The position numbers and the translations under genes were made by a program. Source: Polyangiales bacterium (GTDB lineage Bacteria; Myxococcota_A; Polyangia; Polyangiales; Polyangiaceae). Taken from it: a DNA stretch of 64,000 bases. The notes beneath the pieces were generated by a model that was given only the letters and a program-made list of their open reading frames with translations, was not told the DNA's origin and did no database searches. Numbering within the stretch: the first letter of the stretch is position 1; every line of letters starts with the position of its first letter. This document shows, in pieces, positions 21,660 to 29,849 of this stretch. The stretch lies in NCBI GenBank assembly GCA_038231275.1, contig JBBRLQ010000009.1, positions 64,001 through 128,000 of the forward strand. The letters run 5' to 3'.

Positions 21660-22043
21660 ATGCGTGTCACGATCCTCGGTCTCACGGCGCTCGTCCTGGC
21701 GCTGGCCGCATCGTGCGGCGGAAGCGGGACAAGCAGCGGGAGCAGCGGAAGCAGCGGAGCCAGCAGCAGCGGCGGTGGCAGTAGCAGCGGCTTCGGGACC
21801 AGCGGCGCGAGCGGCAGCGGAGGCGGCGACGCCGCGCCCATGTCCGATGCCTCGCGCGACTCCGGCCTCGGCGCGTGCACCCGCGCGACGGATCTCGACG
21901 TCGACTGCAAGACGAAATACGGCACCGTCTCCCCCAACGGGTGGACGTGCCCGTCGTTGAGCCCCTTCGACACGCCCCCCTGTCAGCCCCTCGACACACG
22001 CGGCTGCACCGAGGTGTGCACGAACCGCTGCTGCCCCCCGTGA
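21660..22043 (+). CDS. Small Ser/Gly-rich, Cys-rich lipoprotein
   Basis: Lipobox LAASC; S/G linker; 8-Cys C-terminal domain ending RCCPP. Confidence 0.75.
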   Translation: MRVTILGLTALVLALAASCGGSGTSSGSSGSSGASSSGGGSSSGFGTSGASGSGGGDAAPMSDASRDSGLGACTRATDLDVDCKTKYGTVSPNGWTCPSLSPFDTPPCQPLDTRGCTEVCTNRCCPP

Positions 22044-22056
22044 CGCGGAGTCTCTT

Positions 22057-22719
22057 GTGAATCGGGCCCTCGGGCTCGTCGCGGTTTGCATCGGCTTTCA
22101 TTGCGCGCCCGCGACGCCGCAGCGCGCGCTCGCGCCAGCTCCCCCTCGCACCGCCCACGCCTCTTCGGCGCCTGCCGCGGTGGTCGCGTCTGCACCGCCG
22201 ATCGTCCGCTTCTTGCCCGGCGCGGCACCGCCTGAGCCTCACTGCTTCGCGTGGTCAAAGGCGCGTGAGGCCTACGCGTGCATGTTCGGGCACCATGAGG
22301 TCGGGACCGGCGCCACCGAGACGCGGGTGATGGTGCTCGGGCGCGGCAAGGGCGCTGCCGTTCCGCTCGCGAACGGCCGCCTCGACGAATCTGCGCGCGC
22401 CGCCCTCGATGCGCTGATGGTCGACGGCGCGTTCGTCGCCGTCCCCGACGCGCCGTGGTCGACGAGCGCTGCGCCAATGACCGCAGGCGCATTCAAGATT
22501 GTCGCCGACACCACGACCATCCACGTGGAGCACGACGGCGCCGTGCTGTTGGACGCTCACCGCGGGTACATCAAGAAATTCACGCCGACGTGCAAGCACC
22601 GTCTTTGGCCCGTGAACGCCGACGGCATTGTCCTCGAGCGGAGCTGCACGCTTCGTGACGAAGGCGTCGACGTCACCGAGCTCGACGTGTGGTTCTGCGA
22701 CGCGACGCGCTGCACGTGA
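22057..22719 (+). CDS. Hypothetical exported protein/lipoprotein
   Basis: GGAG SD, hydrophobic N-terminus with Cys, Ala/Pro linker. Confidence 0.55.
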   Translation: MNRALGLVAVCIGFHCAPATPQRALAPAPPRTAHASSAPAAVVASAPPIVRFLPGAAPPEPHCFAWSKAREAYACMFGHHEVGTGATETRVMVLGRGKGAAVPLANGRLDESARAALDALMVDGAFVAVPDAPWSTSAAPMTAGAFKIVADTTTIHVEHDGAVLLDAHRGYIKKFTPTCKHRLWPVNADGIVLERSCTLRDEGVDVTELDVWFCDATRCT

Positions 22720-22722
22720 CCG

Positions 22723-25446
22723 TCACTTCCGCGTGAAGAACGCCTTCATCGATGCCTCGTGCGTCGCGCGGCGCTTCGTGCAGAGTCGGATGTCCTCCAC
22801 CGTCGACGCAAGATCGCGCGGGCCGCCGTCGAACGCGCCCATGCGCGGCTCGAAGAACGCCTTCACTTCGGCGGCGTGCGCCTCGTCGCAAAAGCCGCGC
22901 GGCATCGCCACCAGCTGGTTCGCGCCGAACGGAACGTCTTTGAGGCGCGCAAACACGGCGTCGTAGTTGGCCTTGAGCCATGTCCACGCGGCCTCCCGCG
23001 TCTCGACGCGACCGAACTGAATCCACAGTGGTGTGGTCATCTCGTTGCCGCGCAGCGCAGGATCGAGGGCGAGACGGCGGCCTTGCTCGGCGGCGTCGGC
23101 ATCTAGCACCGATGCCGCGGCGGAGATGAGGCGGTCGCGATCGACGGCGTTCTCCGTCTTGCCGAGCGCCGCGCGCAGCACGTCGAACGTCTTGCGGTCC
23201 CCGTCCTCCGCCCAGACGCGGAGCGTGAGGCTGCGCAAGTCGGACGAAGCCGCCGCGTCGTGAAGCGCGCCGTCGTCGGTGAAATACGCGCGACCGCGCT
23301 TCTTCAGCTCCGCGCGTACGCCGGGATCCTTCCCCTGATCGACGAGCGCGTAGAGGACGTCTCTCCGCAGCGCGCCGCGCGTCGCGTCCTCGCCCTTCTT
23401 GGGCTCGAAGCCGAGATTCTTTGCGACGGGTCCGAAGAGCGTGCGCGTGTACGCCTCCACGCCCAGTCGCGCCGGATCGCCGTACAGCCACTCGTGGGCC
23501 GTGCCGAGGAAGCCCATCGGCTCGCGCGCGACCTCGTTGGTCGGATCGTTCGCGAGGGCGCTCGCTGCCTCGAGGATGTCGCCGAAGGGAAGCGCGGCGC
23601 GGTTGAACGCCGCGCGCAGCCCGTTGCCGAACGCGATCCGCTCGGCGACGTCGAGCTCTTTGAGGCCGCCCTTCCGAAGCTTCGCGAGATCGGCCGATGC
23701 GAGCGCGAAGCGGAAATAGCCGCCCGCGCGCGCGTTGGGCATGACCCACTCCGGGCACGCCGCGAGCGGAACGTCGGTCTGCTCCCCCTCGAGGAGCGCG
23801 CACGCCTCCTTCGGCGGCGAGCCTTTGACGCCGTAGCGCGCGCACATCGGCAGCTTCCACGTCACGTTTGCGTTGCCGGTGGAGCCGGTCGGAAGATAAC
23901 GCGACTGGACGACATGGAGATGCGGCGCGCCGTCGCAGACCGCCGACACTTCGAGGAACGGCACGCCGGGTTTGTCGAGGAACGTGTGCATCGCCGCGCC
24001 GACGTCCTTGCCCGCGGCCGCCGAGACCGCGGCCAAAAATTCGTCGGACGTCGCGCTCCCGAACCGGTTCTTCTCGAGGTGCGCGCGGACCCCTTTCTGG
24101 AAGGCGTCTTCGCCCACCCAGCGCTCGAACATTCGAATGACGCCGGCGCCCTTCTGGTAGGTGATGCCGTCGAACGCGTTCTCGATGTCGTCGTTGGTGG
24201 CGATCGGCTGTCGGATGGCGCGCGCGCTCGCCAGCGCGTCGGCGCTCATCGCACCTTGCACGCCTTCGAGAAGGAGCAAGCTGCTCCGGACCTTGGGATC
24301 CCAACGGTCGGCGATCTTGGCGGATGCCCACGTCGCGAAGGCCTCGTTGAGCCAGATGTCGTCCCACCATCGCATCGTCACCAGATCGCCGAACCACTGG
24401 TGCGCGAGCTCGTGCGTCACGACGCTGCCGAACGCGCGCATCTGCCAATCGGGCGCGCTCTTCGGATCGACGAGGAGCGTGTCCTCGGAGAAGGTGATCG
24501 CGCCGGCGTTCTCCATCGCGCCTTGGCGATCGGGGATCGCGAGCATGTCGAGCTTGTCGTACGGGTAGGGGAGGCCGAAATACTCCTCGAGCTTGGCGAC
24601 GATCGCGCCGGTGCTCGCCATCGCGTAGGCCAGCTCGGGGCCGCGCCCTTTCGCCGCGACGCCGCGCAACGGGATCGCCTTCTTGCGGATCGCGCTCGGC
24701 GGGATGTCCGGCGCGGACACGACGTCGTACGGCCCCACCGCGAACGCGACGAGGTAGCTCGGGATCGGCAGCGTCGGCGCGAAACGCACGCGCACGCGCT
24801 CGGCCGGCAGCACATCGCGCCCGACCTCGGCGGCGTTGGAGATCGCGGCGTCTGCGCGAGGAACCACGAGCGCAATCTCGTAAGGGATCTTCGCGGACGG
24901 CTGATCCAGGCAAGGAAACGCGCGCCGCGCGTCGATTTCTTCGAACTGCGTCGCCGCATACGCGAGCCCGCCTTGCTTCGAGACGTAGAGCCCGCGCGTC
25001 CCCTTCACGTACGGCGCCTCCCACTCGAAATGCAGCGTCGCCTTGCCTGCGGGCAGCGGCTTCGCGAGGAGGATCCGCGCGACTCCGCTCGGGTGCGCGT
25101 CCTCCCATTGCGCGGCGATCGGAGGCCCGCCCGCGTTGATCTCCAAGCGAGTCACGTGAAGCCCGCGCCCATGAACCCAGATGACGTCGCGCGGCGCGGC
25201 GAGCGACAGTTCGAGATCCGCGACCCCGCGGAAGTTCGGCGCCTCCGGATCGATGACGAGCTCCACGCGCTCGCGGACGGCGACGACGTCACGCGGAAGC
25301 TCCAACGTGGGCACGGGCTCGGCGCTCTTTTGGATCGGTGCGCCCGACCCGACCGAGGGCGCCGGCGCCGCGGAGGGCAGCGACGGCCCGCACGCGGCAG
25401 ACACGAGGAGCGAGAGGGAGACCACCCAGGGTTGTCGGTTGCGCAC
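22723..25446 (-). CDS. M1 family aminopeptidase with ERAP1-like C-terminal domain, lipoprotein
   Basis: TQFE..DARRAFPC, GAMEN, HELAHQWFG...WLNE, YQKG. Start moved to GTG 25446 with lipobox VSAAC. Confidence 0.93.
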   Translation of the reverse strand: MRNRQPWVVSLSLLVSAACGPSLPSAAPAPSVGSGAPIQKSAEPVPTLELPRDVVAVRERVELVIDPEAPNFRGVADLELSLAAPRDVIWVHGRGLHVTRLEINAGGPPIAAQWEDAHPSGVARILLAKPLPAGKATLHFEWEAPYVKGTRGLYVSKQGGLAYAATQFEEIDARRAFPCLDQPSAKIPYEIALVVPRADAAISNAAEVGRDVLPAERVRVRFAPTLPIPSYLVAFAVGPYDVVSAPDIPPSAIRKKAIPLRGVAAKGRGPELAYAMASTGAIVAKLEEYFGLPYPYDKLDMLAIPDRQGAMENAGAITFSEDTLLVDPKSAPDWQMRAFGSVVTHELAHQWFGDLVTMRWWDDIWLNEAFATWASAKIADRWDPKVRSSLLLLEGVQGAMSADALASARAIRQPIATNDDIENAFDGITYQKGAGVIRMFERWVGEDAFQKGVRAHLEKNRFGSATSDEFLAAVSAAAGKDVGAAMHTFLDKPGVPFLEVSAVCDGAPHLHVVQSRYLPTGSTGNANVTWKLPMCARYGVKGSPPKEACALLEGEQTDVPLAACPEWVMPNARAGGYFRFALASADLAKLRKGGLKELDVAERIAFGNGLRAAFNRAALPFGDILEAASALANDPTNEVAREPMGFLGTAHEWLYGDPARLGVEAYTRTLFGPVAKNLGFEPKKGEDATRGALRRDVLYALVDQGKDPGVRAELKKRGRAYFTDDGALHDAAASSDLRSLTLRVWAEDGDRKTFDVLRAALGKTENAVDRDRLISAAASVLDADAAEQGRRLALDPALRGNEMTTPLWIQFGRVETREAAWTWLKANYDAVFARLKDVPFGANQLVAMPRGFCDEAHAAEVKAFFEPRMGAFDGGPRDLASTVEDIRLCTKRRATHEASMKAFFTRK

Positions 25447-25523
25447 GCCGGCATTCTGTTCGTCGACGGGCCGCGTGGCTATCGCAAACGCGGGCGGGCC
25501 CGACTCCAAAGCGCGCCGGCGCG

Positions 25524-25625
25524 ATCCTTGAGGTCCGGCGACAGCCGATCCTCGCGGCTGATGAGTCGGAGCCGCAGCCCGACATCGCCGTCGTGCCGTC
25601 GCGCGACTACCGGACGGCGCACCTC
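25524..25625 (+). pseudogene. Internal fragment of a Uma2/DUF820 PD-(D/E)XK endonuclease
   Basis: EVRRQPILAADESEPQPDIAVVPSRDYRTAH resembles the Uma2 core SEPEPD(V/I)AVV; no start and no downstream EV motif. Confidence 0.6.
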
Positions 25626-25799
25626 GGAGGCGAAGCCTCTCAATACCCGTTTGCGCACCGCAACGGCCTTTAGGGTGAACCCAGCAGCTTCGGCCCAACC
25701 CGCGAAGGCAAGGTACTCGTCGATCGCCGCCGCGACGGCGCCTGCCTTCATCAAGGCATCGCCACGCGTCAGGCACTCGCGTGCGGCGTCTCCGTCCAC
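25626..25799 (-). pseudogene. Truncated TPR-like fragment
   Basis: RGDALMKAGAVAAAIDEYL..A...AAGFTLKAVAVRKRVL resembles the myxobacterial TPR motif GFxLKAVAV; it then runs into the antisense Uma2 fragment. Confidence 0.4.
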
Positions 25800-25959
25800 C
25801 GCGGCAGCTTAACAGCAGGAGTCGCGCGAGGGCTGAGTCGACGTTACTCAGAAATCGATGGACCCGAGTGGGGGGCAGGTCAGGAAGACCGTCCACCCAA
25901 CGGGAAGGCGACGCCGCGAAGCGGATCGAGAGCTGCTCGAAAGTGCTACACTTGTCGGG

Positions 25960-26205
25960 ATGGCGAACGACGATCAGCAAGCGCGGGAAGCACGCGCAGA
26001 ACATCGGCGGGCGACCTGGACCGGCGGCGTCGTGAAGGGGTTCGCGGCGATGGAGGAGGCAGATCTCGCCTTTTGGGCGTTGGCCACCCCTGGCGAGCGG
26101 ATTCGAGCCGTGACCCTCTTGATCGACGAGATGCGCGCCATGGGAGGTGTGAGTGGACCTAGCCCCCGACTTCAGAGATCTATTGGAGGAGCTCGTACGC
26201 GGTAG
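25960..26205 (+). CDS. Small protein, probable partner of the downstream nucleotidyltransferase
   Basis: EADLAFW...TPGERIRAV...PRLQRS; extended -10 TGCTACACT 7 nt before the ATG; overlaps the NTase gene. Confidence 0.7.
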   Translation: MANDDQQAREARAEHRRATWTGGVVKGFAAMEEADLAFWALATPGERIRAVTLLIDEMRAMGGVSGPSPRLQRSIGGARTR

Positions 26206-26611
26206 CGTCGAGTTCGTCATCGTCGGTGGGTACGCGGTGGCTTTCCACGGTCGCCCGCGCGCGACGAAAGACATCGATCTCGTGCTTGCGGGTAACGACG
26301 CGAATCTCGGACGCGCCGCCGACTCATTGGCGCGATTCGGGGCGCCGCGCGGCGTCGTGGATGGTCTGCGAGCTCTCGCCCCATCCGACGTCGTGTTTCT
26401 TGGACAACCGCCGCTGCGCATAGACTTCATGCGCGCCATCGACGGCGTGACCTCCGAAGCTCTCTTCGAGCACGCCGTCCGGGCGGAGTTGGACGGTGTC
26501 GCGGTGAAGGTCATCTCGATCGACGACTTGATCGCGAACAAGCGGGCTGCAGCCCGGCCACAAGATCTCGTGGATGCGGAATTTCTGGAGCGGGTTCGCC
26601 GCAAGAAGTGA
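26153..26611 (+). CDS. Pol-beta-fold nucleotidyltransferase (DUF6036/AbiEii-like)
   Basis: IVGGYAVAFHGRPRATKDIDL ... LIANKRAAARPQDLVD. Confidence 0.85.
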   Translation: MDLAPDFRDLLEELVRGSVEFVIVGGYAVAFHGRPRATKDIDLVLAGNDANLGRAADSLARFGAPRGVVDGLRALAPSDVVFLGQPPLRIDFMRAIDGVTSEALFEHAVRAELDGVAVKVISIDDLIANKRAAARPQDLVDAEFLERVRRKK

Positions 26612-26865
26612 CGCGGCCCCGAAGGCCGCCTTGCACGCGTGCTCTGACGCTCAAGGCTCAAGAGGCATGCGGCTCCGCACCGTCTTCTTCGGCGTCTGGT
26701 GCAACGTCCAGCGCATCACCAGCTGCATGCGGTACGTGAAGTAGCGGCGCGGCGCCTCGTGTGCCCCGCTTCACCGGGGCGCCAAGCACGCGCGATCTCG
26801 CCCTGTCGCCGCCCTGCGCCACCTTTGGGTGCACAGTCCCCGCAAATATCGCGGAAAAGCAGCCG

Positions 26866-26887
26866 CGGCGTGACGTTTGCAAAACGT
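26866..26887 (+). promoter_or_regulatory. Putative sigma54 promoter overlapped by an inverted repeat
   Basis: CGGCGTG-ACGT-TTGCA; GACGTTT-GCA-AAACGTC palindrome. Confidence 0.45.
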
Positions 26888-26894
26888 CTTGGCC

Positions 26895-27458
26895 ATGAGC
26901 CCGCGCGGCACTCTCGGCCTCCTCCTCGCACTCGCCACGACCTGCGCCCTCGGGTGCGGGTCGACGCCGCAGATCGTCCCGCTCATGACCGCGGCGGGGG
27001 TCCCGCTGACCGATCCCACCACCGTCCCGCTCCGCGTCGTCACGCGCTCCACCGCGGTCAACGATCCGCTCCACATGCGCGGCAGCAACGTCGAGTACGG
27101 CGACATCGAGACCGCCCTCGGCCACGCCATCGCGTCGGCGACCGTTCCGTGGGCCGACGGTCACCGCACGCACGCCACGGCGCGTGAAGGATGGCAGCTG
27201 TCCGTCGAGGTGACCGCCGCCGACGCCGTCTACGACGACGGCCGCGTGATCTTTTCGATCGGCGTCCGCGCCACGCTCCGCGCGCGCGCCGGCAACGTGT
27301 ACCTCGCGCAGACGCAGACCAGCTGCCGCCAGGGAGGGCTCGTGCCTCCGGACAAGGGCGCGCACACGATGTACCGCTGCATGATGGAAATCGGCCGCGA
27401 TCTCGCCGGCTGGCTCGACGGCATCGATCTCAACGCCGTCTCGACGCGCACGACCTGA
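26895..27458 (+). CDS. Hypothetical lipoprotein
   Basis: Lipobox ALGC; high-GC3 codons. Confidence 0.7.
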   Translation: MSPRGTLGLLLALATTCALGCGSTPQIVPLMTAAGVPLTDPTTVPLRVVTRSTAVNDPLHMRGSNVEYGDIETALGHAIASATVPWADGHRTHATAREGWQLSVEVTAADAVYDDGRVIFSIGVRATLRARAGNVYLAQTQTSCRQGGLVPPDKGAHTMYRCMMEIGRDLAGWLDGIDLNAVSTRTT

Positions 27459-27543
27459 CTGCTCACGACTCTCGATCGTCGTCCTAGAAACCAAAACCAA
27501 ACGAAGAGGCGCGCGGTCATTCCGCCGCCAGACGGGTGCTCTC

Positions 27544-28842
27544 ATGCGTTCACTCTCGATCATGGGCTTGTCTGTCGTCGCGCTGTACGCGCTCACCATG
27601 GGTGCGGGGTGCGCGGCAGGTGTCACCGTTCAGCCTGGCCATCGCGCGCTGCTCTTCGATCCGAGCAACGGCGGAATTCAGCACGAGGTCCTCCAGCCCG
27701 GCCGCTACAAGACGCCGTGCCCGTTCTGGAAGGCCGAGGCCGCGTGCCCGACCGTCGTCGACTTCGACGTCACGTTCTCGACGTCGAAGAAGACGCTGCA
27801 TGCGCTCTCGCAAGAGGGGCTGCCGCTCGATCTCGCGATCGCGGTCACCTACCGGCCCATCGTGTCGGAGCTGTACCTCCTCGACACCGAGATTGGGCCC
27901 AACTACTTCGACGAGATCATCGGCCCGGAGTTCCAGAGCGCGGCGATCGGCGTCTTCGCGACCACGTCGTACCTGGACCTTCACAAGCGCAACGGCGTCA
28001 TCGAGGACGCCGTCGAGAAGCAGCTGCGCGATCGCCTGAAGGGCAAGCACATCGAAATTTCTCGCGTGAACATCGAAAACGTCGCGTACGCGCCGGAGAT
28101 CCGGCAGTCCGAGACCGAGCGCGTCGTGTCGCAAGAGCAGTCGCTCCGCGACAAGCAGCTGATGGAGAACGCGGCGATGCAGAAAAAGCGCCAGCTCGAG
28201 CTCGCCGCCCAGACGCGGAAGCTGGAGCTCGAGACCGCCTCCGAGCAGAAGAAGCTGGAGCTCGAAGCGCAGACCGCGCAAAAGAAGCTCGAGCTCCAGG
28301 CCCAGGCCGAGCAGAGCAAGCTCACCGCCACGAGCAAGCTGGAGGTCGACAAGATCCAGATTCAGGCTTCCACGGAGCAGGAGAAGTACCGCTTCGATTT
28401 GGAGCTGCGCAACAAGCAGACCGAGAAGAAGCTGCTCCTCGAACAGGCGCAGATCGATCGCATCCGGGCGGAGACCGACGCGTCGTCGAAGATCACCGCC
28501 GCGAAGGCCGAGGCCACGTCGCGCATCGCGCTCGCCAAGGCCACCGCCGACGAGACGCGCGCGTCCGTCGCCAACGTCACGCCGATGCACGTCATGATGC
28601 ACGCGTACGACGCGCTCGGGCACCTCGGCGGAAGCGGAACGACGATCATGCTCGGCGACTGGTCGCGCACGCCGCAGTTCTTGTTCCCGAAGATGCCGGG
28701 CTTCCAGCAGGTGTTCAATCCGTACGCAGGATTTCCGGCGGTGATGCCGGCGCCTGCGCCCGCTCCGTCACCGGGCGCGAGCAACGGCGCCGCGCAGACC
28801 TGGGGTGGCAAGCTCTCGCAGAACACCGCCAACCCGTACTGA
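27544..28842 (+). CDS. SPFH/Band-7 (prohibitin-like) lipoprotein with long coiled coil
   Basis: Lipobox GAGC; VQPGHRALLFD..GG...VLQPG; LSQEGL.L..AVTYRP; K/E/Q-rich coiled coil. Confidence 0.85.
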   Translation: MRSLSIMGLSVVALYALTMGAGCAAGVTVQPGHRALLFDPSNGGIQHEVLQPGRYKTPCPFWKAEAACPTVVDFDVTFSTSKKTLHALSQEGLPLDLAIAVTYRPIVSELYLLDTEIGPNYFDEIIGPEFQSAAIGVFATTSYLDLHKRNGVIEDAVEKQLRDRLKGKHIEISRVNIENVAYAPEIRQSETERVVSQEQSLRDKQLMENAAMQKKRQLELAAQTRKLELETASEQKKLELEAQTAQKKLELQAQAEQSKLTATSKLEVDKIQIQASTEQEKYRFDLELRNKQTEKKLLLEQAQIDRIRAETDASSKITAAKAEATSRIALAKATADETRASVANVTPMHVMMHAYDALGHLGGSGTTIMLGDWSRTPQFLFPKMPGFQQVFNPYAGFPAVMPAPAPAPSPGASNGAAQTWGGKLSQNTANPY

Positions 28843-28855
28843 AGAGGAGAAGGCC

Positions 28856-29830
28856 GTGCGAACGCTGCTCTTGCTCGCGGCTGCGATGCCGCTCATGGCG
28901 TGCTCGGCGACGCTGCGCCGCCCGGTCGCGACCACCGACGCCGCGGGGGAGCTCGAGCAAGTGACGCGCTCGAGCGAGAACGAGTTCGATCCAGCGATCT
29001 CGCCCGATGGAAAGTCGATCGCGTACGAGGTCGCGTCGTCGACGGACGCGGTGCCGCGCGTGGAGGTGAGGTCGCTCGCCGACGTCGGTGCCGTACGCGC
29101 GTCGCCTCCGCTCTACACCTCGAAGGACACGATGGGTCTCGAGCCGACGTGGATGCCCGATGGCTCGGGGCTCATCTTCGTCTCGCAGACGAAGAACTCC
29201 GCGAAGGCGCTGATGCAAACGATGGGAAAATCGCCTGCGCAGACGAACTTTCTCGCGGAGGCCGGCGATCCGTACTTGGTGGCCGAGTGGCCGGCGATGT
29301 CACCGGACGGGCAGACGATGGCGATGTCGCTCGTCAATGTCGCGCGTTTCGAGTCGGGCTGGCGATCGGCGCGGCACTTCGATCACGCGCTCGGCATGTC
29401 GGATCTTCTGGGCACAGGGGTGACGGTGGTCGGATCCGGATCGGCGCCAGCGTTCAGCCCCGACGGGAGGCGCATCGCATTCTCGCGCACGACCGGGAGC
29501 CACGCGCACGTCTTCGTCGCCAACGCCGACGGGAGCGAGGCGCATCAGATCACCGAAGGCCCCGCCGACGACGTGGAGCCCGCGTGGTCGCCCGACGGCC
29601 GCTACCTCGCCTTTTGCTCGGCGCACGGCAACGACGACAAGTACGTGCAGGCGAACCTCTTCGCGGTGCGCCCCGACGGATCGGGGCTCGTTCAGCTCAC
29701 CGAGGGAGATCACATGTCGTCGCGACCCGCGTGGGGGAAAGACGGCTTCGTCTACTTCCACGCGAACGCGACCGATCGCTTTCACATCTGGCGCGTGCGC
29801 GTGCAGGGAGATCTCGCCAGCCGAACGTGA
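28856..29830 (+). CDS. TolB-like PD40 beta-propeller lipoprotein
   Basis: Lipobox LMAC; PAISPDG, PTWMPDG, PAMSPDG, PAFSPDG, PAWSPDG repeats. Confidence 0.88.
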   Translation: MRTLLLLAAAMPLMACSATLRRPVATTDAAGELEQVTRSSENEFDPAISPDGKSIAYEVASSTDAVPRVEVRSLADVGAVRASPPLYTSKDTMGLEPTWMPDGSGLIFVSQTKNSAKALMQTMGKSPAQTNFLAEAGDPYLVAEWPAMSPDGQTMAMSLVNVARFESGWRSARHFDHALGMSDLLGTGVTVVGSGSAPAFSPDGRRIAFSRTTGSHAHVFVANADGSEAHQITEGPADDVEPAWSPDGRYLAFCSAHGNDDKYVQANLFAVRPDGSGLVQLTEGDHMSSRPAWGKDGFVYFHANATDRFHIWRVRVQGDLASRT

Positions 29831-29849
29831 CGCGCTCGAATGCGCAGCG

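Noticed and set aside
25447..26661. N-terminal 400 aa of the 1312-aa aminopeptidase ORF
   Set aside because: Overlaps real plus-strand genes; the lipoprotein signal at GTG 25446 marks the true start.
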